From an uncultured delta proteobacterium (lineage in GTDB: Bacteria; Myxococcota; Myxococcia; Myxococcales; Myxococcaceae), in the NCBI GenBank assembly GCA_963796055.1, contig CAWCKH010000004.1:2720001-2784000 (forward strand): 64,000 nt of DNA, written 5' to 3'. The stretch's first letter is position 1. Every line of letters begins with the position of its first letter. Shown here piece after piece: positions 1 to 9,796 of this stretch. Below the pieces are notes generated by a model. That model saw nothing but the letters and a program-made list of their open reading frames with translations, was not told where the DNA came from and made no database searches. A program made the translations under genes and the position numbers.

Positions 1-957
<957 letters not shown>

Positions 958-1091
958 CCAAGACCTCCCGACCGACCGGTCTGCCGCACAGCGGCAAATG
1001 CACAGCGTACGGGAAGTGGCTGACCCGGCTCAAATGTGGGCCGATGCGCGCAGCTGCCGGGTCGGATGAGCTGGGCTGTCGGCAGCTTGCG

Positions 1092-1108
1092 GAGGTGTCT
1101 GACACCTC
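1092..1108. promoter_or_regulatory. Perfect palindrome GAGGTGTC-T-GACACCTC upstream of gltB; candidate transcription-factor operator
   Basis: 8-bp inverted repeat with 1-nt spacer in the intergenic region about 135 bp upstream of the gltB start, next to an A-rich patch. Function inferred. Confidence 0.4.
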
Positions 1109-1236
1109 GAAAAACTTAGGAATTCCAGCCTGCTATGTCCGTTCTGGCCACCGAGAAGGCACGTGGCTCCTCCGGCGGGCAGAGGGCATCGTCGCGGCCG
1201 CCGGAACGCCACGGTGGCCGCCTCTGGCGGGGTGCG

Positions 1237-1683
1237 TCAGGCGTGGGTGGAAAGCGAGCGCTCCCAGAGCACCTTGAGGTCGGCTGGCAGCTGCGACTCG
1301 ACCTGCCTGGCTTCACCCTCGCTCACCTGGGCGCGGAGCGCGTGGAAGACGGCCAGGATCAGGCGCTCGGCAGCCGGAGGCGGCACGCCGAGCTCGTCGG
1401 CGACCATGCCCACGAACTCGGTCCGGTCGATGGCGTGCTTCTTGAGGCCGGCGTGACGGTCGCAGCGGGTGATCAGATCCCGCAGCTTCGCCGGGAGCTG
1501 GGCCTCGAGGTCCTTCGCCTCCTCGGGGAGAATTCGTCGCTCGAGGGCGCAGAGCACTGCCACCGCGGACTGCTCGGCCCGCTCCTCGGAGATCGATCCC
1601 ACCCGCCGCAGGTAAGTCATGAAGGCGGCGAACGTCTGGTTGCGCCGCTGCTCGCTTCGCTCGGCCCTGCGTTGCTCATCCAT
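1237..1683 (-). CDS. DUF2267-family protein
   Basis: AEQSAVAVLCALERRI.PEEAKDLEAQLP and AVFHALRAQVSEGEARQVESQLPADLKVLW form the duplicated helical pattern of DUF2267. GGAGG RBS precedes ATG 1683. Confidence 0.8.
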   Translation of the reverse strand: MDEQRRAERSEQRRNQTFAAFMTYLRRVGSISEERAEQSAVAVLCALERRILPEEAKDLEAQLPAKLRDLITRCDRHAGLKKHAIDRTEFVGMVADELGVPPPAAERLILAVFHALRAQVSEGEARQVESQLPADLKVLWERSLSTHA

Positions 1684-1776
1684 CGGAAGACCTCCGCCGG
1701 CGTGCATCGCCACAACGAGTGCTCGCCTCCCGGCCGGTTTGCAACGTCTCCTGCCCGCCCGAGCAGGACGGGCGTG

Positions 1777-3381
1777 TCAGATGCTGAGCCGGAGGCCCAC
1801 CCCCACGTCGAGGATGGGAGCGTTCAGCGGGCCGAAGAACGTCCCACCGGGAAGTCCGGTGACGCCGGCGACCGTGGAGAGATCGGTCCGGGGGAAGCCG
1901 AGCCGGAGCTCGCCCCCCGTGCGCCCGAAGTGCCCCGCGACGTAGCTCTCGACGGAGAGGTAGCTGAGCACCGTGACCACGAAATCCAGGCGCGCCAGAT
2001 AGCTGCTGTCGCTCAGGTTGCTGATCCCGGAGAGGATCCAGGTCGTCTTGGCGGTGGTGTCGAGCAGGGTCGCGCTGAGGGCCAGGTAGTGCTTGCCGAC
2101 GTAGAACGGCTGGAAGCCTCCCACGATGAGCAGCGGCAGATACTCGTCCCGGGAGTAGCTGGCGGAGTTGAAGAAGTACTCGGCGCCGAGGGTGATGCTC
2201 TTGTTCCCCTCGAAGTTGATCGCGTACGTCACGCCTCCGGCGGCCTGGACCACCGGCCTGCCACGCCCCGGTACCTCCACGTGCGCCTGGCTGGTGACTG
2301 GAATGGTCCCCGGGGGAAAGGTGCCCGGCGGAACGCCCGGAATCGTGGACGGGTCGACCTGGGTGGTGAGAGTGAAATCCCTGCTGGTCGGGGCATCGGA
2401 GTACTCCTTCCAGGCCACCTCGCCGTAGACGTCGATGTCGCCGAGAGACATCGTCACGTCGGCGCCCGCTCGCGCGGCGCGGTTTCGCTGCACGAGGCCA
2501 TCGAGACCGAACGCCCCGTTCTTGAACGCGAACTCGGCCCGGGCCGCGCCGCCCACGTCGCGTAGCGTGGTCCCGGTGGTGCCGGTGGGGTTGATGCCGG
2601 AGCCGCCGGGATTCTCCACCGAGGAGCTGCCCGAGTAGCCGCCGCCCACGTTCTGCGTCGGCTCGAAGAGCGCCACCGCGGTGAAGTTCCACCCCGCCGC
2701 TTCCCAGGGAACCTGCGCCCGCAGCATGGTGACGCCGAGGCGGGCGTCGAAGAGCGCCAGCGGGTCGCGTGGCTGGGAAGCGAGGAAGTCGGTGGGGGAG
2801 AAGAACCGGGCCACGCCCCACTTCACGTGCTGCCGCCCGGCGGTGACGAACACCCTGTGCGCGATGTCGAAGGCGAGCCACGCCTGATCGAGCAGCACCG
2901 CGGGGTTGCTCGCGGTGGTCGACGCCGGGATGCCCGGCAGCGCGGTTCCACCCACGGTGGTGGAGAGGAACGGGTCGTAGGTCAGCCGCCCGAGCACGAA
3001 GGCCCGCAGCCGCTCGGTGGGGCGAGCGTCGAGGTACACGTCCACCAGGGTGGGCAGCGAGACGCGTGACTCGTCGAACGGCTGGTCCTGGGACACCTGG
3101 AGGAAGGCGCGGGTGTAGAACAGCCCGCCGATCTTCAGCGGGTCCTCCTGGACGCGTCCGGTGGCGAAGGCATCGGACGAAGGGGTCAGGTCCAGGCCCC
3201 GTGACTCCTGGGCGCCCAGCGCGCCGGCATCGGGCGCTCCGCCGAACAGCGACTCCTCGCCCGGCCGGGGCGCCGGGGTTCCCCCGTCGGGCGCGCCCCC
3301 GAACAGCGCGTCCTCGTCTGGCCGCTGGGCCCGGGCGGAGAGCGACAGCGCGAGCGCGGCCACCACCGCCCAGCGGCTCAT
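1777..3381 (-). CDS. Predicted outer-membrane beta-barrel protein, last gene of the ABC/LolA-like operon
   Basis: Signal peptide MSRWAVVAALALSLSARA, a GRQHVKWG motif, many alternating hydrophobic strands, C-terminal strand LDVGVGLRLSI. ATGA overlap with the upstream stop. The ORF-track start at 3834 is too long. Confidence 0.7.
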   Translation of the reverse strand: MSRWAVVAALALSLSARAQRPDEDALFGGAPDGGTPAPRPGEESLFGGAPDAGALGAQESRGLDLTPSSDAFATGRVQEDPLKIGGLFYTRAFLQVSQDQPFDESRVSLPTLVDVYLDARPTERLRAFVLGRLTYDPFLSTTVGGTALPGIPASTTASNPAVLLDQAWLAFDIAHRVFVTAGRQHVKWGVARFFSPTDFLASQPRDPLALFDARLGVTMLRAQVPWEAAGWNFTAVALFEPTQNVGGGYSGSSSVENPGGSGINPTGTTGTTLRDVGGAARAEFAFKNGAFGLDGLVQRNRAARAGADVTMSLGDIDVYGEVAWKEYSDAPTSRDFTLTTQVDPSTIPGVPPGTFPPGTIPVTSQAHVEVPGRGRPVVQAAGGVTYAINFEGNKSITLGAEYFFNSASYSRDEYLPLLIVGGFQPFYVGKHYLALSATLLDTTAKTTWILSGISNLSDSSYLARLDFVVTVLSYLSVESYVAGHFGRTGGELRLGFPRTDLSTVAGVTGLPGGTFFGPLNAPILDVGVGLRLSI

Positions 3382-4166
3382 CGGCTCTTCGACTCCAGCC
3401 ACGCCTTGGTGAAGATGTTGGCCTCCAGCGGTCTGAGGTCCACCGATTTCAGCACCACGATGGTGCTGTTGGCCTTCTCCACCTCGTCGTAGATGCGGAT
3501 CTCCCCCGGGTACCAGACGTCGGCGCCCTTCGACTCGCTGTAGAGCTTCTTCCAGCTCGGGTAGTACAGGGTTCGCATCAGGCGCCCGGAGAGCGCGAAC
3601 TCCTGCCGCTTGAGGACGTTGCCGGTGGCCTGGTCCACCCAGAGCTTCACCACCGGGTAGGCCACGTCCACCCCGGGCTTGACCTTGCACTCGATCACCC
3701 AGGTGTCGAAGCTGCCCAGCTTGGTCTCCCCGGTGAAGGTGGAGTCGTACTCCTCGGCGAGCCGCGACTCGTCGAAGTCGGCGCGCCGGCTGTCGGTGCC
3801 GGCGATCCGCTCCCGCTCGGTCCGGCGCTCCCACTTCCCGGTGGTGGGATCGTAGCTCCAGAGGTTCTTGTCCAGCCGCAGGTAACCCTTCCCCGCCTCG
3901 CCCTTGGGCTTGGTGAAGAGAATCATCAGCTTCTGATCCTGGCTGCGGCGATAGACGATGGCCTCGCGCGCGGTGTCGGTCTTGTCGCGCTCCTTCTGCT
4001 CCAGATACGCCAGCGAGCGGTAGTCGCCGGAGTTCCGCTGCCGGTCGTCGATGGTGCGCACCACCTTCATCAGCCCGTCGTGATCGAGGGGATGCGCCCC
4101 TGCGGTGGACGTGGCGGCGATCAGCCCGGCCAGAAGCAGCCCTCGAGAGATCGTGGCGGGATTCAT
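3378..4166 (-). CDS. LolA-like outer membrane lipoprotein-sorting protein
   Basis: Signal peptide, then FTKPKGEAGKGYLRLDKNLWSYDP...IAGTDSRRADF...VAYPVVKLWVD...IFTKAWLE, the pattern of the LolA-like family. Confidence 0.85.
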   Translation of the reverse strand: MNPATISRGLLLAGLIAATSTAGAHPLDHDGLMKVVRTIDDRQRNSGDYRSLAYLEQKERDKTDTAREAIVYRRSQDQKLMILFTKPKGEAGKGYLRLDKNLWSYDPTTGKWERRTERERIAGTDSRRADFDESRLAEEYDSTFTGETKLGSFDTWVIECKVKPGVDVAYPVVKLWVDQATGNVLKRQEFALSGRLMRTLYYPSWKKLYSESKGADVWYPGEIRIYDEVEKANSTIVVLKSVDLRPLEANIFTKAWLESKSR

Positions 4167-4176
4167 GTGTCTGGGC

Positions 4177-5478
4177 TCAGCCCACGCGGTGCATCGCCGT
4201 GACCGGCTGAAGCCGGGCGGCAAGGAACGAGGGGAAGAGGGCGATCGCGGTGGTGGAGCCGGCGATCAGCCCGATGGCGCCGGCGACCGCCGAGGGCTTC
4301 ACCAGGAGGTGGAACTCCTCGCGCATCAGGAAGAGCTGCAGCGCCAGCGGGGCATGGAGGTGGGCGAGGTTGAGGAGCGCGCAGAGGCCCAGGCCCAGCG
4401 CGGTGCCGGCCAGGGTGGCGGTGAGGGCGAGGGTGAAGGCCTCGGTCATGAACATGGCCAGCACCCGCGTCCGCTGCATCCCGATGGCCCGGAGGGTTCC
4501 GATCTCGCGGGTGCGTTCCCGGATGGAGATCCACATGGTGTTCATCAGGCCCACCACGATGATCACCAGCAGGATCCCGATCAGAGTGTAGGAGAGCCAG
4601 GTGATCGCGGTGACGGTCCACTGGATGAACGAGATCTCGTCCTCCCAGGTGGTCACGTCGAGCTTCTGGCCGGTCCAGCCCTCGCGGTTGACCGTCTCGA
4701 ATTTGAACCAGAACGCGCGCGGGTCGGGGTCCATCAACTGGTAGCCGGCGGCAGCGAGCACCCTGCGGAGCCGCTCCTGGACCCGCGGCACGTCCTTCAC
4801 GTCCTTGAGGTAGAGGAACAGCGCGCCGGTGGCCTGGTCGTTCATCTGGTAGAGGCCACGGAGGGTGGAGTCGGGGACGAAGGTGTTCCAGCTGCTGAGG
4901 AGCCCCACGTTGCGCGCGATGGCGGCAATCCGGACGTCGACGGTGTTGGCCACCCCGCGGAGCGTGTAGGCGGAGAGGGTCAGCTGATCCCCGACCCGGA
5001 CGCCCAGCTTCTCCGCCTGCTGGTCGAAGATGAGGATGGTCCCCGGCTCGGCCAGCGCGTCGAAGGACCCCTCCTTCAGCTGGATCACTTGCCTGAACCT
5101 GGGCTCGTGGAGGATGTCGATTCCTTCGATCCCGGACTGCAGCGAGCCCGTGTCGCTGACCACCTTGGCCCAGCCACGTCCTCGCTGGGCGACGTAGTCG
5201 AGCTCGGGCACCTCCTTCCGGACGATCGCCAGGATCTCCGGGTAGTGCGTCACGACCGGGGCGCCGGCACCGGCGGTCACCTTGAAGAAGCCGCCCACGT
5301 TCACGTGCCCGGTCATCAGGGTGGTGGCCGACTCGAGGATGGTGGAGCGGATCCCGTTCAGCACCCCCAGGAGCAGCACCAGGAGGGTGGTCACCCCCAT
5401 GATGGCGCCACCCAGCAGCAGGGTGCGGCGGCCGTGGGTGATGAGATTTCGGACCGCAATCAGGAAGAGCTGGCCCAT
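4177..5478 (-). CDS. ABC transporter permease, FtsX/LolC/MacB type
   Basis: IAVRNL...RTLL N-terminus, one TM, a periplasmic domain, NTMWISIRERTREIGTLRAIG motif, three C-terminal TMs, AARLQPVTAM. Alternative GTG start at 5487. Confidence 0.9.
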   Translation of the reverse strand: MGQLFLIAVRNLITHGRRTLLLGGAIMGVTTLLVLLLGVLNGIRSTILESATTLMTGHVNVGGFFKVTAGAGAPVVTHYPEILAIVRKEVPELDYVAQRGRGWAKVVSDTGSLQSGIEGIDILHEPRFRQVIQLKEGSFDALAEPGTILIFDQQAEKLGVRVGDQLTLSAYTLRGVANTVDVRIAAIARNVGLLSSWNTFVPDSTLRGLYQMNDQATGALFLYLKDVKDVPRVQERLRRVLAAAGYQLMDPDPRAFWFKFETVNREGWTGQKLDVTTWEDEISFIQWTVTAITWLSYTLIGILLVIIVVGLMNTMWISIRERTREIGTLRAIGMQRTRVLAMFMTEAFTLALTATLAGTALGLGLCALLNLAHLHAPLALQLFLMREEFHLLVKPSAVAGAIGLIAGSTTAIALFPSFLAARLQPVTAMHRVG

Positions 5479-5483
5479 CTCGT

Positions 5484-7589
5484 TCACTCGTCGGTCTGCA
5501 TCGCCCGGACCGGGGCGACGTGGGTGGCCAGGAAAGCCGGGTAGAGGGTGGAGAGGACGGTCACCAGAATCACGATGACCAGCGCCACCACGATGTTCCA
5601 CGGGCTGAGGGTGGGGAAGAGCCGGGGTCCGGAGAAGAAGAAATAGAGCGTATCGTTCTGCGCGGGGATTCCCCACCAGTGGAGGAGCGCGATCACCCCC
5701 GACCCGAGCGCGGCCCCGGCTCCTCCGAAGATCAGCCCCAGGGTCAAGGTCTCCACCAGCACCATCCCGAGGATGAACCCCCGCGGCGCCCCGATGGCGC
5801 GCATCGTCCCCACCTCAGGCGTGCGCTGGAGGGTGGCCATCATCACCGAGTTGTTGATGATGACCATGGCGACGATGAAGATGATCGCCACCGCGAGCAG
5901 GAGCACGACGTTGGCCAGGAGGATGAACTGCCCGAGGAATCCGGCCGCCTCGCGCCAGGAGAGGACCCTCAGCCCCAGCTGCTCCCGCTCGGAGAGTGCG
6001 CGGATGTCGGCCAGGGTCTTCCCGAGCTGGCGAGGGTCCTCGAGCACGATCGCCGCATCGAGCACCACTCCTCGACCGATCTCCGCCGGATCGTAGACCC
6101 GCCGGACGAGCTCCTCCCGGCGGAGCGCTGCGCCGGTGCCCTTGAACCGCTCCTTCTCGTCGATGATGCCCGGCGTGGCTTCGGCGACGATCTTCCGGCT
6201 GGACTGGCCGAACAGCTCCTCCTCTGCGCGGCTGCGATCGATCTCCCGTGCACCGCCCTCCTTCTTGATCGCCTCGATCTCCGCCTTCCGGTCCGCGCTG
6301 AGGTAGCCGTAGAGCTCCCGGAAGCTCACGATGTCCATGAGATTGATGTTCCCGGACAGCGCCGACTTCTCCAGTCCCCGGAACTGGAACGTTCCCCAGA
6401 CCTTGAGATTGAGGCTCTGGACGTAGCCGCTCCGGGTGAAGGCGGTGATGGTCAGGATGTCGCCAACCTTGAGCCGGTAGAGCTGCAGGAGCGGAGCGAG
6501 GTCCCGGTAGAAGATCCGGTATCGCTCGTAGAAGTTGTTGTCGTCGGTGTCGAAGAAGGCGTTGAGGAGCTTGTCCAGGTCCGTCTCCGACGAGGCCAGG
6601 GTGCGCTGCAGGAGGGCCACGGCCTTCTCGGTCTTCAGGCGATCCAGCTGGAGGAGGATCTCCCGGGTCTGGGTCCGGTTCTCGTGAACGTACCTCTGCA
6701 GCGTCTCGTCGCGGGCGATCTTCCCCTTCAGGTCCAGGGCGTCCTTGATCTTGTCCAGACGCCGCGCGGTCCGGAGCTTGAGCCGGTCCTCGTAGACGAA
6801 CTTGGACATCAGGAAGCCGCGGTGGCCGGGAGGGACTGCCTGGCCGTCGACGATCTCCATCCGATCGAAGTTCTTCTGGAAGGCGTCGAGGTCGGTGCCG
6901 ACGTACCGGAGCGGGACCAGGTCGGCGTCGGACAGCTGCGGGGCCAGGCGGTTCTCCAGGAACTCCAGGGCAGCGTACGGATCACGGTCGAAGCCGTCCC
7001 AGAACGCGTCGGACGACGCCCGGTCGATGGCGGCACGGGCCTCCGGATCGAGCGCCTCGGCGGTGTTGATGTCCTCCATCCGGAGGAGGTCGGCCCGGAG
7101 CACGCGGGCGATCTGCCGGACGTGCTCCTTCAGCGAGGCACGTCGAGCCTCCAGCTCGGGGGTGTTGCCGCGCTCCTTCGCCTCGCGCACCACCGAGCGC
7201 AGCTCCTCCAGCGTGAGGTCGATGGTGTTCCCGCTGGTGATCAGCGCGGCGTTGATCCCCATCGGGATGACCGCCTTGACGTTGGGGACCGATTCCAGCA
7301 GCCGCTGCTTCCGCTCCCAGTCCACCATCGGGCTCAGGTCGGGGTCGTTGCCCCCCATCGGCCAGATGGCGAACTCCTCCTTGCTCGCGGCGCTGTAGAC
7401 CTGGATGTGCCCGGCGACGCTCCCGATGATGCTCCGGCTCATCGAGCTGACGACGCTGTTGAGCAGCGCGCCTCCCACCACCACCAGCAGCGTGCCCCCG
7501 AGGATCACCGAGCCGATGAGGAGGTTGATCCGCGACCGGAACAGGTTGCGGCCCGCGATGGCCACCAGAATGCCGAGCCGGGCGAGCAC
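5484..7589 (-). CDS. ABC transporter permease, FtsX/LolC type, with enlarged periplasmic domain
   Basis: IAGRNLFRSR N-terminus, NNSVMMATLQRTPEVGTMRAIG motif, C-terminal YPAFLATHVAPVRAM; about 500 aa between TM1 and TM2. Confidence 0.88.
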   Translation of the reverse strand: MLARLGILVAIAGRNLFRSRINLLIGSVILGGTLLVVVGGALLNSVVSSMSRSIIGSVAGHIQVYSAASKEEFAIWPMGGNDPDLSPMVDWERKQRLLESVPNVKAVIPMGINAALITSGNTIDLTLEELRSVVREAKERGNTPELEARRASLKEHVRQIARVLRADLLRMEDINTAEALDPEARAAIDRASSDAFWDGFDRDPYAALEFLENRLAPQLSDADLVPLRYVGTDLDAFQKNFDRMEIVDGQAVPPGHRGFLMSKFVYEDRLKLRTARRLDKIKDALDLKGKIARDETLQRYVHENRTQTREILLQLDRLKTEKAVALLQRTLASSETDLDKLLNAFFDTDDNNFYERYRIFYRDLAPLLQLYRLKVGDILTITAFTRSGYVQSLNLKVWGTFQFRGLEKSALSGNINLMDIVSFRELYGYLSADRKAEIEAIKKEGGAREIDRSRAEEELFGQSSRKIVAEATPGIIDEKERFKGTGAALRREELVRRVYDPAEIGRGVVLDAAIVLEDPRQLGKTLADIRALSEREQLGLRVLSWREAAGFLGQFILLANVVLLLAVAIIFIVAMVIINNSVMMATLQRTPEVGTMRAIGAPRGFILGMVLVETLTLGLIFGGAGAALGSGVIALLHWWGIPAQNDTLYFFFSGPRLFPTLSPWNIVVALVIVILVTVLSTLYPAFLATHVAPVRAMQTDE

Positions 7590-7590
7590 C

Positions 7591-8313
7591 TCAATGCCCT
7601 CCGGACACGGCCATGGCGGTGCCCGCCAGCTCGCGCCCGACGATCCGGCCGTCGGCCAGCCTCACCACCGCGTCGGCATGGGACATGACCTTGGCGTCGT
7701 GGGTGGAGAAGATGAAGGTGGTCCCGTCGCGCTGGTTCATCTCCTTCATGAGGTCGATGATCCGCTCGCCGGTCTCGGAGTCCAGGTTCGCGGTGGGCTC
7801 GTCGGCCAGGACGATCTGCGGGTTTCCCACCAGCGCCCGCGCCACCGCCACCCGCTGCCGCTGCCCGCCCGAGAGCTCGTTGGGGCGATGGCGGGCGTGG
7901 TCGGCCAGTCCCACCTGCTCGAGGAGGGTCATGACCCGGGCGCGCCGCTCGTGCCCCCGGAGACGTCCCTGGAGCAGGAGCGGGAACTCGACGTTCTGGA
8001 AGACGCTGAGCACGCCCACCAGGTTGAAGCTCTGGAAGATGAAGCCGATGGTGTCGAGCCGGAGCCGGGTCAGCTCTCGCTCGCTCAGCGCGGCGGTGTC
8101 GTGGCCTGCCACCCACACCGTGCCCCGCGTCGCCACGTCCACGCAGCCGATGAGGTTCAGCAGCGTGGTCTTTCCGCTGCCGGATGGACCAGCGATGGAG
8201 ATGAACTCGCCGGTGTGAACGTCCAGCGACACACCCCGGAGGGCCGGGACCACGGTGGTCCCCAGCTGGTACTCCTTGACCACGTCGACGATGCGGACGA
8301 TTGGCTCGCTCAC
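7591..8313 (-). CDS. ABC transporter ATP-binding protein (LolD/MacB-like)
   Basis: Walker A GPSGSGKT, signature LSGGQRQRVAVARAL, Walker B VLADEPTANLD, H-loop STHD. Confidence 0.95.
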   Translation of the reverse strand: MSEPIVRIVDVVKEYQLGTTVVPALRGVSLDVHTGEFISIAGPSGSGKTTLLNLIGCVDVATRGTVWVAGHDTAALSERELTRLRLDTIGFIFQSFNLVGVLSVFQNVEFPLLLQGRLRGHERRARVMTLLEQVGLADHARHRPNELSGGQRQRVAVARALVGNPQIVLADEPTANLDSETGERIIDLMKEMNQRDGTTFIFSTHDAKVMSHADAVVRLADGRIVGRELAGTAMAVSGGH

Positions 8314-8568
8314 GGTGCTCCTCGCGCCGAGGAACGGTGCTACCGGGCGCGACGTCTCGCGTCAACGAGAGTCGTGGGGAGGTCCTCTCGCAGCAGAGTC
8401 ACGTTGCAGGCGCGTGAAGTTTGGTGAAGGCACGTGGGGCGCCCGGTGCCTCCGTGGGACGACGGTCGCAACGGTTCATGCCAGCCGGGGCGCACCCGGC
8501 CGGCCTGCGCGGCCCCGACGCTCAGGGGTTGGAGCGAGCTGGCGCGGAGGCTTCCCAAAAATCAGAAG

Positions 8569-8620
8569 TTTGCTTCCGGGAAGCAAATACTCTCCGGAAC
8601 TGCTTGCATGCAGGAAGCAA
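8569..8620. promoter_or_regulatory. Two related TTGC-N9-GCAA palindromes in an AT-richer patch upstream of the ABC operon
   Basis: TTTGCTTCC-G-GGAAGCAAA (8569-8587, perfect 9-bp arms) and TTGCATGCAGGAAGCAA (8604-8620), offset by 34 bp. Confidence 0.5.
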
Positions 8621-8791
8621 TCATTTTTTCCAGAAGGCAGGCTCCCCTCGCCGTCGGGCGCGGGCGCGGCTGCTTCAGGTCGGCGGGCGGGCGATCGGGC
8701 GTGCCGTGCTCGTGAGTGCGCCGGCAGCCCGGTCGAACGGCGAGCCTCATCGGAGGCCCTGGGACCGTCGCCCGTGCATGGCAGCCAGGGG

Positions 8792-9100
8792 TCAGTGTGG
8801 CGTTGGGCGGGGTGGTTGCGTGGTCGGCGGAAGATCGGGCCGCGGCGGAGGGCTGGGGGTCTCGGGGGAGCGCGTCGACGGTGGCGTCTCGCTCCCCGTT
8901 CCCACCGGGGCGGTGGTTTGTGTCCTCGGCGCAGGGAGCCCGGCTCCGGTCGGTGGTGGGGCAGGCCGGTCCGGGACAGTCGTCCCCTTCGTCGTCGTCT
9001 TCGTCCCCGCGTCGGGGGTCGCCCGGCGTGGACCTCCGTCCGGCTCCGCGGTCGCCAGGCCGGAGACGCAAAGCGCGGTCAGCAGCAAGCGGGCGGTCAT
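8792..9100 (-). CDS. Small secreted Pro/Thr-rich hypothetical protein
   Basis: Signal peptide MTARLLLTALCVSGLATA, GAGGAGG RBS, low-complexity body with PDGG/PDAG motifs. Confidence 0.55.
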   Translation of the reverse strand: MTARLLLTALCVSGLATAEPDGGPRRATPDAGTKTTTKGTTVPDRPAPPPTGAGLPAPRTQTTAPVGTGSETPPSTRSPETPSPPPRPDLPPTTQPPRPTPH

Positions 9101-9196
9101 CGGGCTTCCTCCTCTCGGGCACGGTCTCTGCACTGCCCCCCGGAACATAGGAACCCGGGGCCGCGCTGCCGCCTCCCTCGGGTCAGGAGGTGAACG

Positions 9197-9796
9197 GTGG
9201 AGACACCCTGGACCTCGGCCCGACCGCCGGCGCGCATCCTCCCGGCGCCGGTCATGGACGCACGTGACCAGGCCCGGGACGTCCTGGGCGTTGCCCAGGC
9301 CCGAGCGGCGGAGCTGATCGCCGAGGCGGAGCACGAGGCCGAGTCCATCCGGAGCGCCGCGCGCGAGGCTGGGCGCGACGAGGGGCTCGGCTACGCGCAG
9401 CGACTTCTGGTCGAGATCCAGCAAGCGCGGCTGCGGACCCTGGAGGGGGAGGCGCTGGGCCGCAGCGTGTCCGAGCTGGCCCTGGCGATGACCCGCCGTG
9501 TCCTCGGTGACGCCTGGGAGGCGGAGCCGGGCCCGTGGATCCGTGCGGTGCTCGAGGTTGCGGCCCCGCTCCGTCGTTCGGCGGCCCTCTCGCTCCGGGT
9601 GGCGCCGGCGGATGCCCCGGCCGTCCGGGAGCGGCTGTCGACGGAGATCGCCGCGGGCACGGTGGAGGTGGCCGAGGACCCGGCGATCGGCGAGGCGGGC
9701 TGCGTCGCCATCTCCAGCTGTGGCCGGGTGGACGGCCGGCTCTCGACGATGCTGGCGGCCTTCCGCGGCCCGCTCGGGCTCGAGGAGCCCGGATGA
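9197..9796 (+). CDS. sctL: FliH/SctL-family type III secretion stator protein
   Basis: AGGAGG RBS; coiled-coil AREAGRDEG (AxxxGxxxG) repeat; C-terminal LSLRVAPAD...EDPAIGEAGCVAISSCGRVDG FliH signature; ATGA overlap with the ATPase gene. Confidence 0.85.
   Translation: METPWTSARPPARILPAPVMDARDQARDVLGVAQARAAELIAEAEHEAESIRSAAREAGRDEGLGYAQRLLVEIQQARLRTLEGEALGRSVSELALAMTRRVLGDAWEAEPGPWIRAVLEVAAPLRRSAALSLRVAPADAPAVRERLSTEIAAGTVEVAEDPAIGEAGCVAISSCGRVDGRLSTMLAAFRGPLGLEEPG

Noticed and set aside
5520..7688. Long antisense or alternate-frame ORFs (e.g. 5520-7688+, 11809-13788+, 18476-20854-, 23717-26242+, 54026-56425-)
   Set aside because: They shadow well-supported genes, have no family motifs, and are expected in very GC-rich DNA where stop codons are scarce.
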